Shown here in pieces: positions 1 to 8,876 of a stretch of 53,657 nt of DNA. The notes below the pieces were generated by a model. It searched no databases, was not told where the DNA came from, and saw nothing but the letters and a program-made list of their open reading frames with translations. The stretch is from contig JAZKSH010000002.1 of the NCBI GenBank assembly GCA_036626195.1, forward strand, positions 1-53,657, read 5' to 3'. Made by a program: the position numbers and the translations under genes. Within the stretch, counting starts at the first letter, position 1, and the number at the start of each line of letters is the position of its first letter. Source of the stretch: Thermoplasmatota archaeon. GTDB lineage: Archaea; Thermoplasmatota; Thermoplasmata; Halarchaeoplasmatales; Halarchaeoplasmataceae.

Positions 1-552
1 GTTGTCCCAGTCGACTATCGCGTTGGTGGTGAGATTCGCGCTAGTCAGCTTCGAGGATCTTTTTACGCCGTGTGAATTCGCCACGAACAAATTTTTGCTG
101 TCGGTCTGGAAAGCGCCATAGACCCGGTCCACCCCTTCAGATTTTGCCATCTCGATTATCTCCTTCACCTTTTCCGCTCTCTTGTCCGGTGAATAATCGG
201 CGGTCTCTTTAACATAGTAGCTTTCTTTGTCTATATCCTTCTTTAACCCTGGCAGATCTTTGAAGTCAGGATCTTCTCTTTGGTTCTCTGCGATCTTTTC
301 AGCCTTTGATAGGCAGTTCTCCACGAAATCATCTTCTAAAGAGTTCGTCGTCGCGGAACCGACCCTTTTTCCGAACACGGCTCTTATCGATAACTGTGTG
401 TCCTTTTGACCGATGTTCTGGTGTATACGGGAGTTGGCGTATCTAGTCAGAGCGGTATCGCTCTTGACGATCCTCACCTCGACTTCATCAGCCGTGGACT
501 CGTCCATTATCTTCTCGGCTACTTCTTCAAATCTCTGCTTCGAGCCTACCAT
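1..552 (-). CDS. pmbA: PmbA/TldE-family protein (TldD partner), first 184 codons only; gene runs off the window start
   Basis: Not in the ORF track (no stop inside the window). Hand translation of the minus strand from ATG 552-550 stays open to position 1: MVGSKQRFEEVAEKIMDESTADEVEVRIVKSDTALTRYANSRIHQNIGQKDTQLSIRAVFGKRVGSATTNSL..., the PmbA/TldD-family N-terminal pattern. Its ATG overlaps the TldD stop (ATGGTAG). Confidence 0.7.
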   Translation of the reverse strand, partial: MVGSKQRFEEVAEKIMDESTADEVEVRIVKSDTALTRYANSRIHQNIGQKDTQLSIRAVFGKRVGSATTNSLEDDFVENCLSKAEKIAENQREDPDFKDLPGLKKDIDKESYYVKETADYSPDKRAEKVKEIIEMAKSEGVDRVYGAFQTDSKNLFVANSHGVKRSSKLTSANLTTNAIVDWDN

Positions 553-1985
553 TTTCCCACCCCCACACTGATGTCGGAGAAACGAGCGGGTGCACAACCG
601 TGGCCCACCTGCATAGTCTGTGGGGGCTCGCCTTTACCGCAGTTCGGTACTCCGTGCAGTTTCCATTCATCTTTACCGGCTATGGCATTACAGTTCTTCC
701 AGAACTCGGGTGTCATCCCGGTGTAAGTGGGATTCTTTATCAGCTTCTTTATCTCGCCGTCCTCTACAAGGTACCCTGCTTCGGTCCCGAATTGGAAATT
801 GAGTCTTTTGTCGTCTATACTCCAGCTTTTTATACCGTCGAATATTATCCCTTTATCTGTCTCCTCTACGATCTCGTTTTTTGACCAATCACCCGGCTCT
901 AGATTGATGTTAGTCATCCTAACTATCGGCAGATTTTGCCAACCGTCGGCTCTCATATTTCCGCTGACTTCCACCCCTACTTTCTCTCCTCCCTCACGGG
1001 ACGCTTGATAGCCTACGAACATTCCGTCTCTGATCAGGTCGACCTTCTTAGCCTTCACACCTTCATCGTCATAACCGAAAGTTCCCAAGCCTCCTTCCGC
1101 TGTCGCATCAGAGACGATGTTGACGATATCTGAACCGTATCTGAACTCGCCGAGCTTGTCGGGTGTCAGGAAACTCGTCCCGGCGTAACTCGCTTCGGTA
1201 CCGAGAGCTCTATCGAGTTCGGTAGGATGACCGCAGCTTTCATGCACCTGAAGCGCCAATTGGTTAGTGTTCAAAATTATGTCCATCTTTCCTTCAGGAC
1301 ACTGTTTTGCGTCGAGTAGATCCACGCCTTCTTCAGCAGTCTCTTCCGCATGTTCTAAAAGTTCAAGATCTTCGAAGAACTCGTACCCTCTAGAGTTGTA
1401 GTCGCCCCCGAAGGAATTCGGGTAGCTCCTCTTCTGGGTATCTTCTCCGTCGGAAACGTTCACGCTCAGACCTCCGCCCGTCATGATCAATTTCTGCTCG
1501 ATCCTCGCGCCTTCGGTACTTGCAAATTCTTTCATCGTCTTCCAGGCGTTGAAATTGCACTTTCGGACCTTTATCTTGTCGTCCACTTCCATCCTCTCAT
1601 CGACGTCCATAAGGTAATCTAGCTTCTCCTCTAGGCCGACCTTGAAAGGATCTTTCTTGTGGGGAGTCGTGTAACTATCTTCGTAGATCTCGATATCTTT
1701 AAGATCGATGGAGTCAGAAACCTTGGAGGATGCACTAGCTATCTTCAACGCTCTTTTGATCGCTTCCTTCATCCCTTTTTTGCTGAAATCGGAAGAAGAT
1801 GCGAAACCCCAGCCACCTTTTATAGCTCTAATCCCGTATCCCCGACTCTCGCTGTTTTTAATGGCTTCTACAGCCCCGTTCTTAACATTTATGACCTCGG
1901 TTTCCGTCTCGCCCAATCGGATATCACCATACTCGAAGCCTTCCTTTTCTAACTGATCTATCCCAAACTCTATGATGTCCCTCAT
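546..1985 (-). CDS. tldD: TldD-family zinc metalloprotease
   Basis: TldD/PmbA family with metal site HESCGHPTE. I prefer ATG 1985 (MRDIIEFGIDQ...) over the ORF-track TTG at 2003. A TATA-like box lies about 30 nt upstream. Confidence 0.9.
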   Translation of the reverse strand: MRDIIEFGIDQLEKEGFEYGDIRLGETETEVINVKNGAVEAIKNSESRGYGIRAIKGGWGFASSSDFSKKGMKEAIKRALKIASASSKVSDSIDLKDIEIYEDSYTTPHKKDPFKVGLEEKLDYLMDVDERMEVDDKIKVRKCNFNAWKTMKEFASTEGARIEQKLIMTGGGLSVNVSDGEDTQKRSYPNSFGGDYNSRGYEFFEDLELLEHAEETAEEGVDLLDAKQCPEGKMDIILNTNQLALQVHESCGHPTELDRALGTEASYAGTSFLTPDKLGEFRYGSDIVNIVSDATAEGGLGTFGYDDEGVKAKKVDLIRDGMFVGYQASREGGEKVGVEVSGNMRADGWQNLPIVRMTNINLEPGDWSKNEIVEETDKGIIFDGIKSWSIDDKRLNFQFGTEAGYLVEDGEIKKLIKNPTYTGMTPEFWKNCNAIAGKDEWKLHGVPNCGKGEPPQTMQVGHGCAPARFSDISVGVGKW

Positions 1986-2010
1986 ACTTGCACCGCGATA
2001 CAAATAACTT

Positions 2011-2025
2011 CCTTATATAAAAATC
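2011..2025 (-). promoter_or_regulatory. TATA-like box for tldD-pmbA (leaderless-type spacing)
   Basis: The minus strand reads GATTTTTATATAAGG, centred about 33 nt upstream of ATG 1985. Confidence 0.35.
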
Positions 2026-2233
2026 TTGGCTTTGCATATCTCAAAATTGTTTTCTGTTTTGGCGGGTGATGATTAAGGGTCTAGGAGAGTTCATTCTAAA
2101 AGAGCTCATCGGATGAAAAAGATCAGGAAAATGTATAGAGGAAGGAAGAAAGGACTGTTCAAGATAAAGATAGATGCGATTGTCTACTACGGAAAATACT
2201 TAAAGATGGTACACATTAGGTCACCTCGATAAT

Positions 2234-2791
2234 ATGAGGGAAGAAAATCTAGACGAGTTCAGTTTCAAGGAATTGATGGCCTACTCGATAGAAGCGGAAA
2301 AAGAAGCTAAAAAATTCTATTCTGATTTTGCAGAAGCCGCAATCGGTGCTCTAGTAAAAGAGAGATTCAAAAGTCTTAGGAGGGATGAAGAGATCCATAA
2401 AAAGGAACTTTTGAAGCGATACGAGGCGCAGTTCGGTACTAGAGATTACGAAGTTCCAGATTCTGACAAGCTTCCTCCCCATGAGACCTCATATAACTTC
2501 AAGAACGCTAAAAATGCGATCGATTCCTTAGAGAAGGGAATAGAGAATGAGGAAAATGCTAGAAAGATCTATGAATACATGTCTAAACGATTCGATGACC
2601 ACGCCTCTTTCTTTAGATATTTAGCGCTCATGGAAAAAGGTCATTACGAGTCCCTCTCGGAGGAACTAGCACTGATGCGCGGGGAGATTAAAGAAGGTGA
2701 AAAGAACGAAAAAGAGTCGATAGAAAGCTTTTGGAAAGGCATGGGAAGCGAGCAGGACTCCGCATTCGGAGATCGAGAACAGATGAGATGA
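2234..2791 (+). CDS. Rubrerythrin/ferritin-like diiron four-helix protein
   Basis: Two ExxH motifs (DEEIHKKE, MEKGHYES), each preceded by a Glu-rich helix (EAEKEAKKFY, ENEENARKIY). Confidence 0.55.
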   Translation: MREENLDEFSFKELMAYSIEAEKEAKKFYSDFAEAAIGALVKERFKSLRRDEEIHKKELLKRYEAQFGTRDYEVPDSDKLPPHETSYNFKNAKNAIDSLEKGIENEENARKIYEYMSKRFDDHASFFRYLALMEKGHYESLSEELALMRGEIKEGEKNEKESIESFWKGMGSEQDSAFGDREQMR

Positions 2792-2801
2792 AAACCCCTT
2801 C

Positions 2802-3467
2802 TCAGATTTCCTCCAATCTTTTTATAAACAATTTCCCTCTTTTTCCATCCCAATCTTTTTCCTCTCCAATTGGCCTGAGATCCTGATTATAATAGGGGGC
2901 CTGAAGAACTAGGCTTTCATACTCCCCACCCTCTCCAGATATATTGATGCCGTACTTTTCTTTCAGTCCTTTAAGTTCTTTCAAAGTATCTTCATCTAAA
3001 GGCTTTCCCAGCCACGTTTTATCTAAACCCAGCGCCGACACGCTCACGATAATGGCTTCCAAGTCGTTCTCTAAAAGCTCTTCGAGTAGATCGGATTGAG
3101 ACATGTTCCACAAAGGTGCGTATACATCGAGAGAGAGTGTATTGGCTAAATTTTCTACCCGATCCATCTGGTAGCTCGAGGCTACTGCCCCGGTGATAAG
3201 GCCTGAGATATCTAAACCTTTTAGACCTTTTTCGAGATCCTCGAGTTCTTCCTCTTTCTTCCCTTCAGTCTCGATCTTCACCAACTCTATACCCATCGAC
3301 TTGGCTAGATCGGGAACAAGATGCAGGTTTGGCTTGTGGAACATGTAGGAGTCGTCTCTACGCGGAAATACTGTCACTAAACACTCTATGTCCAAGCCCA
3401 ATGATTGGGCCTTCCAGATCGCTAAGGAAGAATCCTTCCCACCGGAGAACAGCGCTGCATATCCCAT
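2802..3467 (-). CDS. Diphthine-ammonia ligase-type N-type ATP pyrophosphatase (MJ0570/Dph6 family)
   Basis: PP-loop MGYAALFSGGKDSSLA and C-terminal GEGGEYESLV motif. The ORF-track extension to 3584 overlaps the upstream gene and is rejected; ATG 3467 was verified in frame. Confidence 0.8.
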   Translation of the reverse strand: MGYAALFSGGKDSSLAIWKAQSLGLDIECLVTVFPRRDDSYMFHKPNLHLVPDLAKSMGIELVKIETEGKKEEELEDLEKGLKGLDISGLITGAVASSYQMDRVENLANTLSLDVYAPLWNMSQSDLLEELLENDLEAIIVSVSALGLDKTWLGKPLDEDTLKELKGLKEKYGINISGEGGEYESLVLQAPYYNQDLRPIGEEKDWDGKRGKLFIKRLEEI

Positions 3468-3474
3468 ATGATTT

Positions 3475-4665
3475 TTACTCGCTCTCTGATATGACCTTCT
3501 GATATTTAGGATGCTTTCGTTTTTCGACTCTTTTCTCCTTGTTCTTGAATATTCTCTTTCTAAGAGTCTCGAGAGCATTATCAAGAGCCTTCATCATGTT
3601 CCAGTCGAATTCCTTAGCGTAAAGCATACCGTGGTCCGTAGACAGCCGCAATCTGACACTGTACTTTTTCTGGTTACCTTCTTTCTGATGGGATACCACG
3701 TGAACGTTCAAAACTAAAGGTTTGACGACCCTGTTGATTTTTTTCAGATAGCTCTGGATAAGGTCGTATATCTCCTCGTAAATCTCGGGTCCTTCTTCGA
3801 GTCCGCTTATCTGAACGTAGACCTGTTCCGCTTCCCGGAAGCTGGTAAGCATCTCTATCATGTCGTAACGGGTCAAAACTCCCTTTAGATCGTCATCTTT
3901 CGTGGCTACAAGGGTTGATATATTGTGTTCATTCATTTTCTTAGCGGCTTGATGTATGGTTGAGTTAGGGGTAGTAGTGATAGGCGGTTCGGACGTTATA
4001 CTTCTTATTTCTACCTTATGTGAATCCCTTTCCCCGGTTCTATCTCCTTTCTCTTGCCTGGTTTCCGGTCGGAAACCTTTTTCCAGGATGTCCTGTATTC
4101 CCACCATACCTCGGAGGGTCCCGTGCTTGTCCACCACCGGTAATACTCTCACATCATATCTTTTCATCATCGCCCTCGCCTTGCTTATACTATCATGATC
4201 TCGGATAGTTGCGGGTGAAGGCGTCATGAACTCTTTCACCATCGTCTTCTTCAATTCATCCAAAGACGGTATGACCTCTGTTATATTTCTTCGAGTCAAA
4301 AAGCCCACGTAATCACCTGATTTTGAAGTCACAGGGACGCCCCTATAGTCGGAAGATAGCAACAGTTCGCTGACCTCTACAATCGAGTCGTCTTCGTCCA
4401 CGTCCGGTCCCCTGTGAACGAGATGTTTGAGTTTGGTGGAAAAAGACAGATTTCTCCTATCTATGAACATGGTATCGCTTAACACGCCCACCACTTGGTT
4501 GTCCTGCACTACGGGGACCTCTTCCATATCGTGTTTCCTCATCAGGCCGATAGCGTCAGAAACGGTATCACTAGGTTCTGCATGAGGTAATTTTTCGCTC
4601 ATTATGTCTTTAGCTTTGAAATTTTCTACTTTAGCCATGGTTCCATCCTTTTCCATTCCACTCAA
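3475..4665 (-). CDS. Four-CBS-domain protein with a C-terminal HPF/RaiA (S30AE)-like domain
   Basis: Four CBS-like repeats (e.g. VPVVQDNQVVGVLSD, VLPVVDKHGTLRGMVGIQDI, LVATKDDDLKGVLTRYDMI). Residues about 281-375 follow the beta-alpha-beta-beta-beta-alpha pattern of E. coli RaiA/YfiA as I recall it. Confidence 0.6.
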   Translation of the reverse strand: MSGMEKDGTMAKVENFKAKDIMSEKLPHAEPSDTVSDAIGLMRKHDMEEVPVVQDNQVVGVLSDTMFIDRRNLSFSTKLKHLVHRGPDVDEDDSIVEVSELLLSSDYRGVPVTSKSGDYVGFLTRRNITEVIPSLDELKKTMVKEFMTPSPATIRDHDSISKARAMMKRYDVRVLPVVDKHGTLRGMVGIQDILEKGFRPETRQEKGDRTGERDSHKVEIRSITSEPPITTTPNSTIHQAAKKMNEHNISTLVATKDDDLKGVLTRYDMIEMLTSFREAEQVYVQISGLEEGPEIYEEIYDLIQSYLKKINRVVKPLVLNVHVVSHQKEGNQKKYSVRLRLSTDHGMLYAKEFDWNMMKALDNALETLRKRIFKNKEKRVEKRKHPKYQKVISESE

Positions 4666-4774
4666 TGACGCAATCAGGATTTAAGGATTTCCCTACCAAT
4701 GCATCACTCCGAGATCCTGCGTAAACAAAACGATTTAATAGTTTGTTTTCAATTCACCACCTGAAGGTGTCCTC

Positions 4775-6067
4775 ATGAAAGAAGATGCAGATTATGTATA
4801 TGAACAGGCGAAAAAGCACGTAGAGTGGTTCTCCAAGTCCCTGCCGATGATCGCCTCCGAGAACATAATAAGTCCGATGGCTAGAGATCTGATGCTCTCC
4901 GAATTTCAGGACAAGTACGCGGAAGGCCCTCCTGGTGACAGATATTATGAAGGCAACGTGTACGTGGACAAGGTCGAACGCAAGGTACAGGAACTTGCCA
5001 AAGAGATGTTCGGAGTTGACTATGCGGACGTTAGGCCAATCTCTGGCACCAACGCCAACCAGGCCGTGTTGATGGCACTCGGCGGTCCCGACAAGAGTAT
5101 CACTGCAGTAGATGTCTCCTCGGGAGCACATATAAGCAGCGCAGAATTCGGATCGGTGGGTTTCAGAGGGATGAAACCGAAAACTTATCCCTTCGATGTA
5201 GAAGAGATGAACATAGACGTGGAAGGCACGAAGAAACTGATTAGAGATGTGGAACCGGACCTAGCTTTGTTCGGTAGATCTGTCTTTTTGTTCCCTCCTC
5301 CGCTGGAGGAACTGCAGGACGTTTTCGAAGAAGTCGGTTGTCATGTTTGGTATGATGCCGCTCACGTGTTGGGCTTGATAGCTGGTGGAGAATTCCAGCA
5401 GCCTATGGAGAACGGAGTAGAGGTCATGACCGGCAGCACCCACAAGACTTTACCGGGCCCTCAGCGAGGTATCATCCTCGCTAACCCAAGAGATGAAGGG
5501 ACGGAAGAAGGCCTTTTCTTCGGCATGTTCCCCGGCGTGGTCTCCAACCATCATCTTCATTCAATGGCGGCCTTAGGTGTGGCTATCGCTGAACATCAAA
5601 AGTTCGGTGAAGAGTATGCGGGGCAGATAATAAAGAACGCACAGGCTTTAGGCCAGTCTCTCAGCGAGAGAGGCATCGAAGTGTTGTGCGAGCATAAAGG
5701 GTTTACGGATTCTCATACCCTCGCGATAGACGTGCAGGATCAGGGCGGCGGCGAGACTTTAGTAGAAGCTATGGAAGACGCCAACATAATAGCGAACAAG
5801 AATCTGATGCCGTGGGACGACGTGGACAGCGCCAATGAGCCCAGCGGCATAAGATTGGGCAGTCAGGCACTGACGCGTTTGGGCATGAAAGAGAGTCACA
5901 TGGATGAAGTCGCGGAATTCATAAAGAGGATCGTGATCGATGACGAGGATCCAGAAAAAGTGAAAAAAGACGTGATCGAATTCAGAAAGGATTTCCAAGA
6001 TATACACTACTGCTTCTACGAAGGTTTCCCGGCCCATAAGCATTTCAGTATATTGGACCAGGACTAA
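4775..6067 (+). CDS. glyA: Serine hydroxymethyltransferase
   Basis: SHMT family throughout; PLP-lysine motif TGSTHKTLPGPQRG. Confidence 0.95.
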   Translation: MKEDADYVYEQAKKHVEWFSKSLPMIASENIISPMARDLMLSEFQDKYAEGPPGDRYYEGNVYVDKVERKVQELAKEMFGVDYADVRPISGTNANQAVLMALGGPDKSITAVDVSSGAHISSAEFGSVGFRGMKPKTYPFDVEEMNIDVEGTKKLIRDVEPDLALFGRSVFLFPPPLEELQDVFEEVGCHVWYDAAHVLGLIAGGEFQQPMENGVEVMTGSTHKTLPGPQRGIILANPRDEGTEEGLFFGMFPGVVSNHHLHSMAALGVAIAEHQKFGEEYAGQIIKNAQALGQSLSERGIEVLCEHKGFTDSHTLAIDVQDQGGGETLVEAMEDANIIANKNLMPWDDVDSANEPSGIRLGSQALTRLGMKESHMDEVAEFIKRIVIDDEDPEKVKKDVIEFRKDFQDIHYCFYEGFPAHKHFSILDQD

Positions 6068-6114
6068 AAATCCCTTTCTTTTATTCTATTATTCTGTTCT
6101 TTTTTCCAAAGTTA
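6068..6114. terminator. T-rich convergent terminator zone between glyA and gcvH
   Basis: The sequence ccctttcttttattctattattctgttcttttttcc carries oligo-T runs typical of archaeal termination. Confidence 0.35.
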
Positions 6115-6495
6115 TTATTCGGCTAGTTCTTCGTATTCCTCAGCGCTCAAAAGAGACTCGACTTCTCCCTCGTCGGCGATCTCGATGACGGCTATCCACC
6201 CCTCTCCGTAAGGGTCTTCGTTCAGTAGCTCAGGCTCACTTTCTACCTCTTTATTGACCTCCATTATCTCTCCTGAGATTGGAATATAGAGGTCTGAAAC
6301 TGCTTTTACGGATTCTATAACGCCTACCATATCTCCCTTCTCCACTTTTTCACCTTCTTCAGGTAATTCTACGTAGACTATATCGCCGAGTTCGTCCTGG
6401 GCGTGGTCGGTGATCCCGTATCTAACTTTACCATCATCAACCTTTATCCATTCGTGGTCTTTGCTATAAACCAAATCGTCTGGTATCTCAGTCAT
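6115..6495 (-). CDS. gcvH: Glycine cleavage system H protein (lipoyl carrier)
   Basis: HEWIK N-terminal motif and lipoyl-lysine motif ESVKAVSD. ATG 6495 (MTEIPDDLVYSKDHEW) is preferred; the ORF extends to 6513. Confidence 0.9.
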   Translation of the reverse strand: MTEIPDDLVYSKDHEWIKVDDGKVRYGITDHAQDELGDIVYVELPEEGEKVEKGDMVGVIESVKAVSDLYIPISGEIMEVNKEVESEPELLNEDPYGEGWIAVIEIADEGEVESLLSAEEYEELAE

Positions 6496-6575
6496 AGTTA
6501 CCACCGCTCTCATGAAGGAAAAGGGATTATTTAAGATAATCGGAGAGATTTGACGAGAAATATAACAAACAATCT

Positions 6576-8309
6576 TCAGTCCTCTTGGACCATCTGCTTA
6601 AAATGATCTATCGCTTCGTCGATGTATTCCTCGTCCAGTTTTCCCTGAGAACTCTCAGTTTCCAATATCCTGCCGGGTATCCTCAGGTTTTCTACCTTGA
6701 AACCAAGGTCCTTTTTCAGCTTGAGTTTTTCAAAATATATCTCTCGGCCGAGCTCCTTCAAATCTTCAACGCTGAGGTCGTAACCTAAAGGTTCTAGAGC
6801 ATCACTGATTATCTCGGAGCTGTAAACCCCTCTGCCGAAGAAGCATACCACTAAACTGGATAACAGCTGTCTTTCCTGCTCCTCTTCTATCAGCTCCTCC
6901 ACCAGCTTTGGAGGAGGCGGATATTCGTCGATACTCTGATCCTTGGAATAGCCGGCGTTATCCAGGTGGCTGTGTCTCAGCCCTATAGAATGTCCTACGG
7001 CTGCCGCATACCCTGTATGATAACCCGGCATCTCGTTCTTGCCGAAGGCGAGAGCGAAGTCTTTTCCCCCGTATATGTCAGAACATTTCTCTACCCCCTC
7101 AGCTAGATGAGAATAGAACTCCGTAGGCTGTTCTAGGATGTAATCTATAGCTTTCAGATAAGCGTCTCTATCGCCGAATTCTAATTTGACTTTTGTCTCT
7201 TCCTCGGATATAAGGCCCTCCTGAAAGGCTTCAGTAGCCCACGCAAGGGCGACGCCCGTACTTATGGCGTCCATCCCGTATATCTCGACTTTATGGATCA
7301 TCTTTAGCAGGTCTTCCTTCGAGCCAATACCGAGCATCGATCCCAGCGCGAATATCAGCTCGTAATCGTAAGATATCTTAATCGTCTTGTAGAAGTAGGG
7401 TTCGTCTTTGTATTCCTCTCTCAGGTTGGCTATATGTATGCATGCTATGGGACAGTGGTTGCATGCGATCCGCTGGCCTATGCTTTCCGCGAGTTTCTCT
7501 CCACTCAGCTCTTCTGCGTTTTCAAAACTCGTCCGCTGAAGATTTTCCGTGGGTAAGGCCCCTATCTCGTTCAAGGAATTGACGTTCACGGCCGTACCCA
7601 GCAAGTGGTATTTCGACATCGCGTCGGATTTTACCGCCTTCTCGTATATCCTGTCATACATATCCCGGTAGGATTTACCGTCATCGACCTTCAAGCTGTT
7701 AGTTCCCTTTATCATCAGCGCCTTGAGATTCTTAGAGCCGAATACCGCTCCTAGACCCAACCTCCCGAAATGCCTGTAGGTCTCTGTGGTAACCCCGGCA
7801 TAGCTAACCAAATTTTCACCTGCACCGCCGATCCTCAGTATACTCCTCAATCCTCTTCCTTTTTCATTTTCCGCTATGATCCTCCCGGTGATTAAAGAGT
7901 TGCCTATCCCCCAAAGAGCCTCAGCATCTCGGAAATGAATCTCGTCGTTATCGATGACCACGTAGATCGGTTTTTTACTTTTTCCCTTTATCACCACAGC
8001 TCTGTACCCTGCGTTAGATATGCTGGTAGCGCTCCTTCCACCGGCGTGGCTTTCACCTAAATCTCCCGTCAACGGGCTCTTGAACATCGAGACGCATTTA
8101 GAAGCTGCAGGATAAGCCGAAGTGAACGGGCCGGATGCTAGAACGACCACATTATCTTCACTCAAAGGATCACAGTCTAATGGGGAAAGATTCTCTCTCA
8201 TCAACTGGGTAGCCAGACCCGTGCCGCCCAGCCATTTTTCTAGATCCTCCCTTTCCTCCGTCCTCGTTTCGTATTTCGACAGGTCGATAGTGAGTATATC
8301 CATGTTCAT
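6576..8309 (-). CDS. aor: Aldehyde:ferredoxin oxidoreductase family (tungstopterin enzyme)
   Basis: AOR-family N-terminal domain and 4Fe-4S ligand motif CNHCPIAC. The start overlaps the stop of the upstream ferredoxin gene (ATGA). Confidence 0.9.
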   Translation of the reverse strand: MNMDILTIDLSKYETRTEEREDLEKWLGGTGLATQLMRENLSPLDCDPLSEDNVVVLASGPFTSAYPAASKCVSMFKSPLTGDLGESHAGGRSATSISNAGYRAVVIKGKSKKPIYVVIDNDEIHFRDAEALWGIGNSLITGRIIAENEKGRGLRSILRIGGAGENLVSYAGVTTETYRHFGRLGLGAVFGSKNLKALMIKGTNSLKVDDGKSYRDMYDRIYEKAVKSDAMSKYHLLGTAVNVNSLNEIGALPTENLQRTSFENAEELSGEKLAESIGQRIACNHCPIACIHIANLREEYKDEPYFYKTIKISYDYELIFALGSMLGIGSKEDLLKMIHKVEIYGMDAISTGVALAWATEAFQEGLISEEETKVKLEFGDRDAYLKAIDYILEQPTEFYSHLAEGVEKCSDIYGGKDFALAFGKNEMPGYHTGYAAAVGHSIGLRHSHLDNAGYSKDQSIDEYPPPPKLVEELIEEEQERQLLSSLVVCFFGRGVYSSEIISDALEPLGYDLSVEDLKELGREIYFEKLKLKKDLGFKVENLRIPGRILETESSQGKLDEEYIDEAIDHFKQMVQED

Positions 8310-8752
8310 CCTTCCCTCTCCTCTAAGTTTTGATTTTTTCCAGCTGTCCCTCTTTCTTCGTAAGCCAAAACGTCATGTGGACAGTAATCCACGCAGTATC
8401 CGCAGTGAACGCACACCGAGATCTTCCCGTCGCTCCTTTTGAATATCGCTCCGATAGGGCAGGCATATACGCAGTTACCACATCCGATGCAGTCGTCTTC
8501 GCTGTATTTCACCCCACCTCCTTCTTTCGGTTCTAGAGCGTCGGTAGAGCAGACCTCGGCGCAGATAGGATCTTCACAAGCCCGACATACTATCACTGTA
8601 GCCCCTCTCTCAAAGCCGCTTTTGCTGACCGCTAGTATTCCGGATGAATCCACACCAGCCTCCCCGAACCTCCTAGCACATGCGTACATACAAAGAGCAC
8701 AGCCGACGCACTTTTCGTCATCTTTGATTATCAGCTTTTTCACTTCATCCAC
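8306..8752 (-). CDS. Polyferredoxin (four 4Fe-4S motifs), likely AOR redox partner
   Basis: Motifs CVGCALCMYAC, CRACEDPICAEVC, CIGCGNCVYACP and CVHCGYCVDYCP. Translationally coupled to aor. Confidence 0.85.
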   Translation of the reverse strand: MDEVKKLIIKDDEKCVGCALCMYACARRFGEAGVDSSGILAVSKSGFERGATVIVCRACEDPICAEVCSTDALEPKEGGGVKYSEDDCIGCGNCVYACPIGAIFKRSDGKISVCVHCGYCVDYCPHDVLAYEERGTAGKNQNLEEREG

Positions 8753-8876
8753 CTTGGTTGAGAGCGGACCCGCTCTAATCTAATAATGTGAGGAGAGGTA
8801 TAAAATATTGATGATGGAGTTTATGCCTCTCTTTAAGGATATTCATGATCCCCTCTAACAAAGCCCTTCTTCCTTC

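Noticed and set aside
3468-3584. N-terminal extension of the Dph6-like ORF
   Set aside because: It overlaps the 3' end of the CBS gene. The PP-loop N-terminus starts at ATG 3467.
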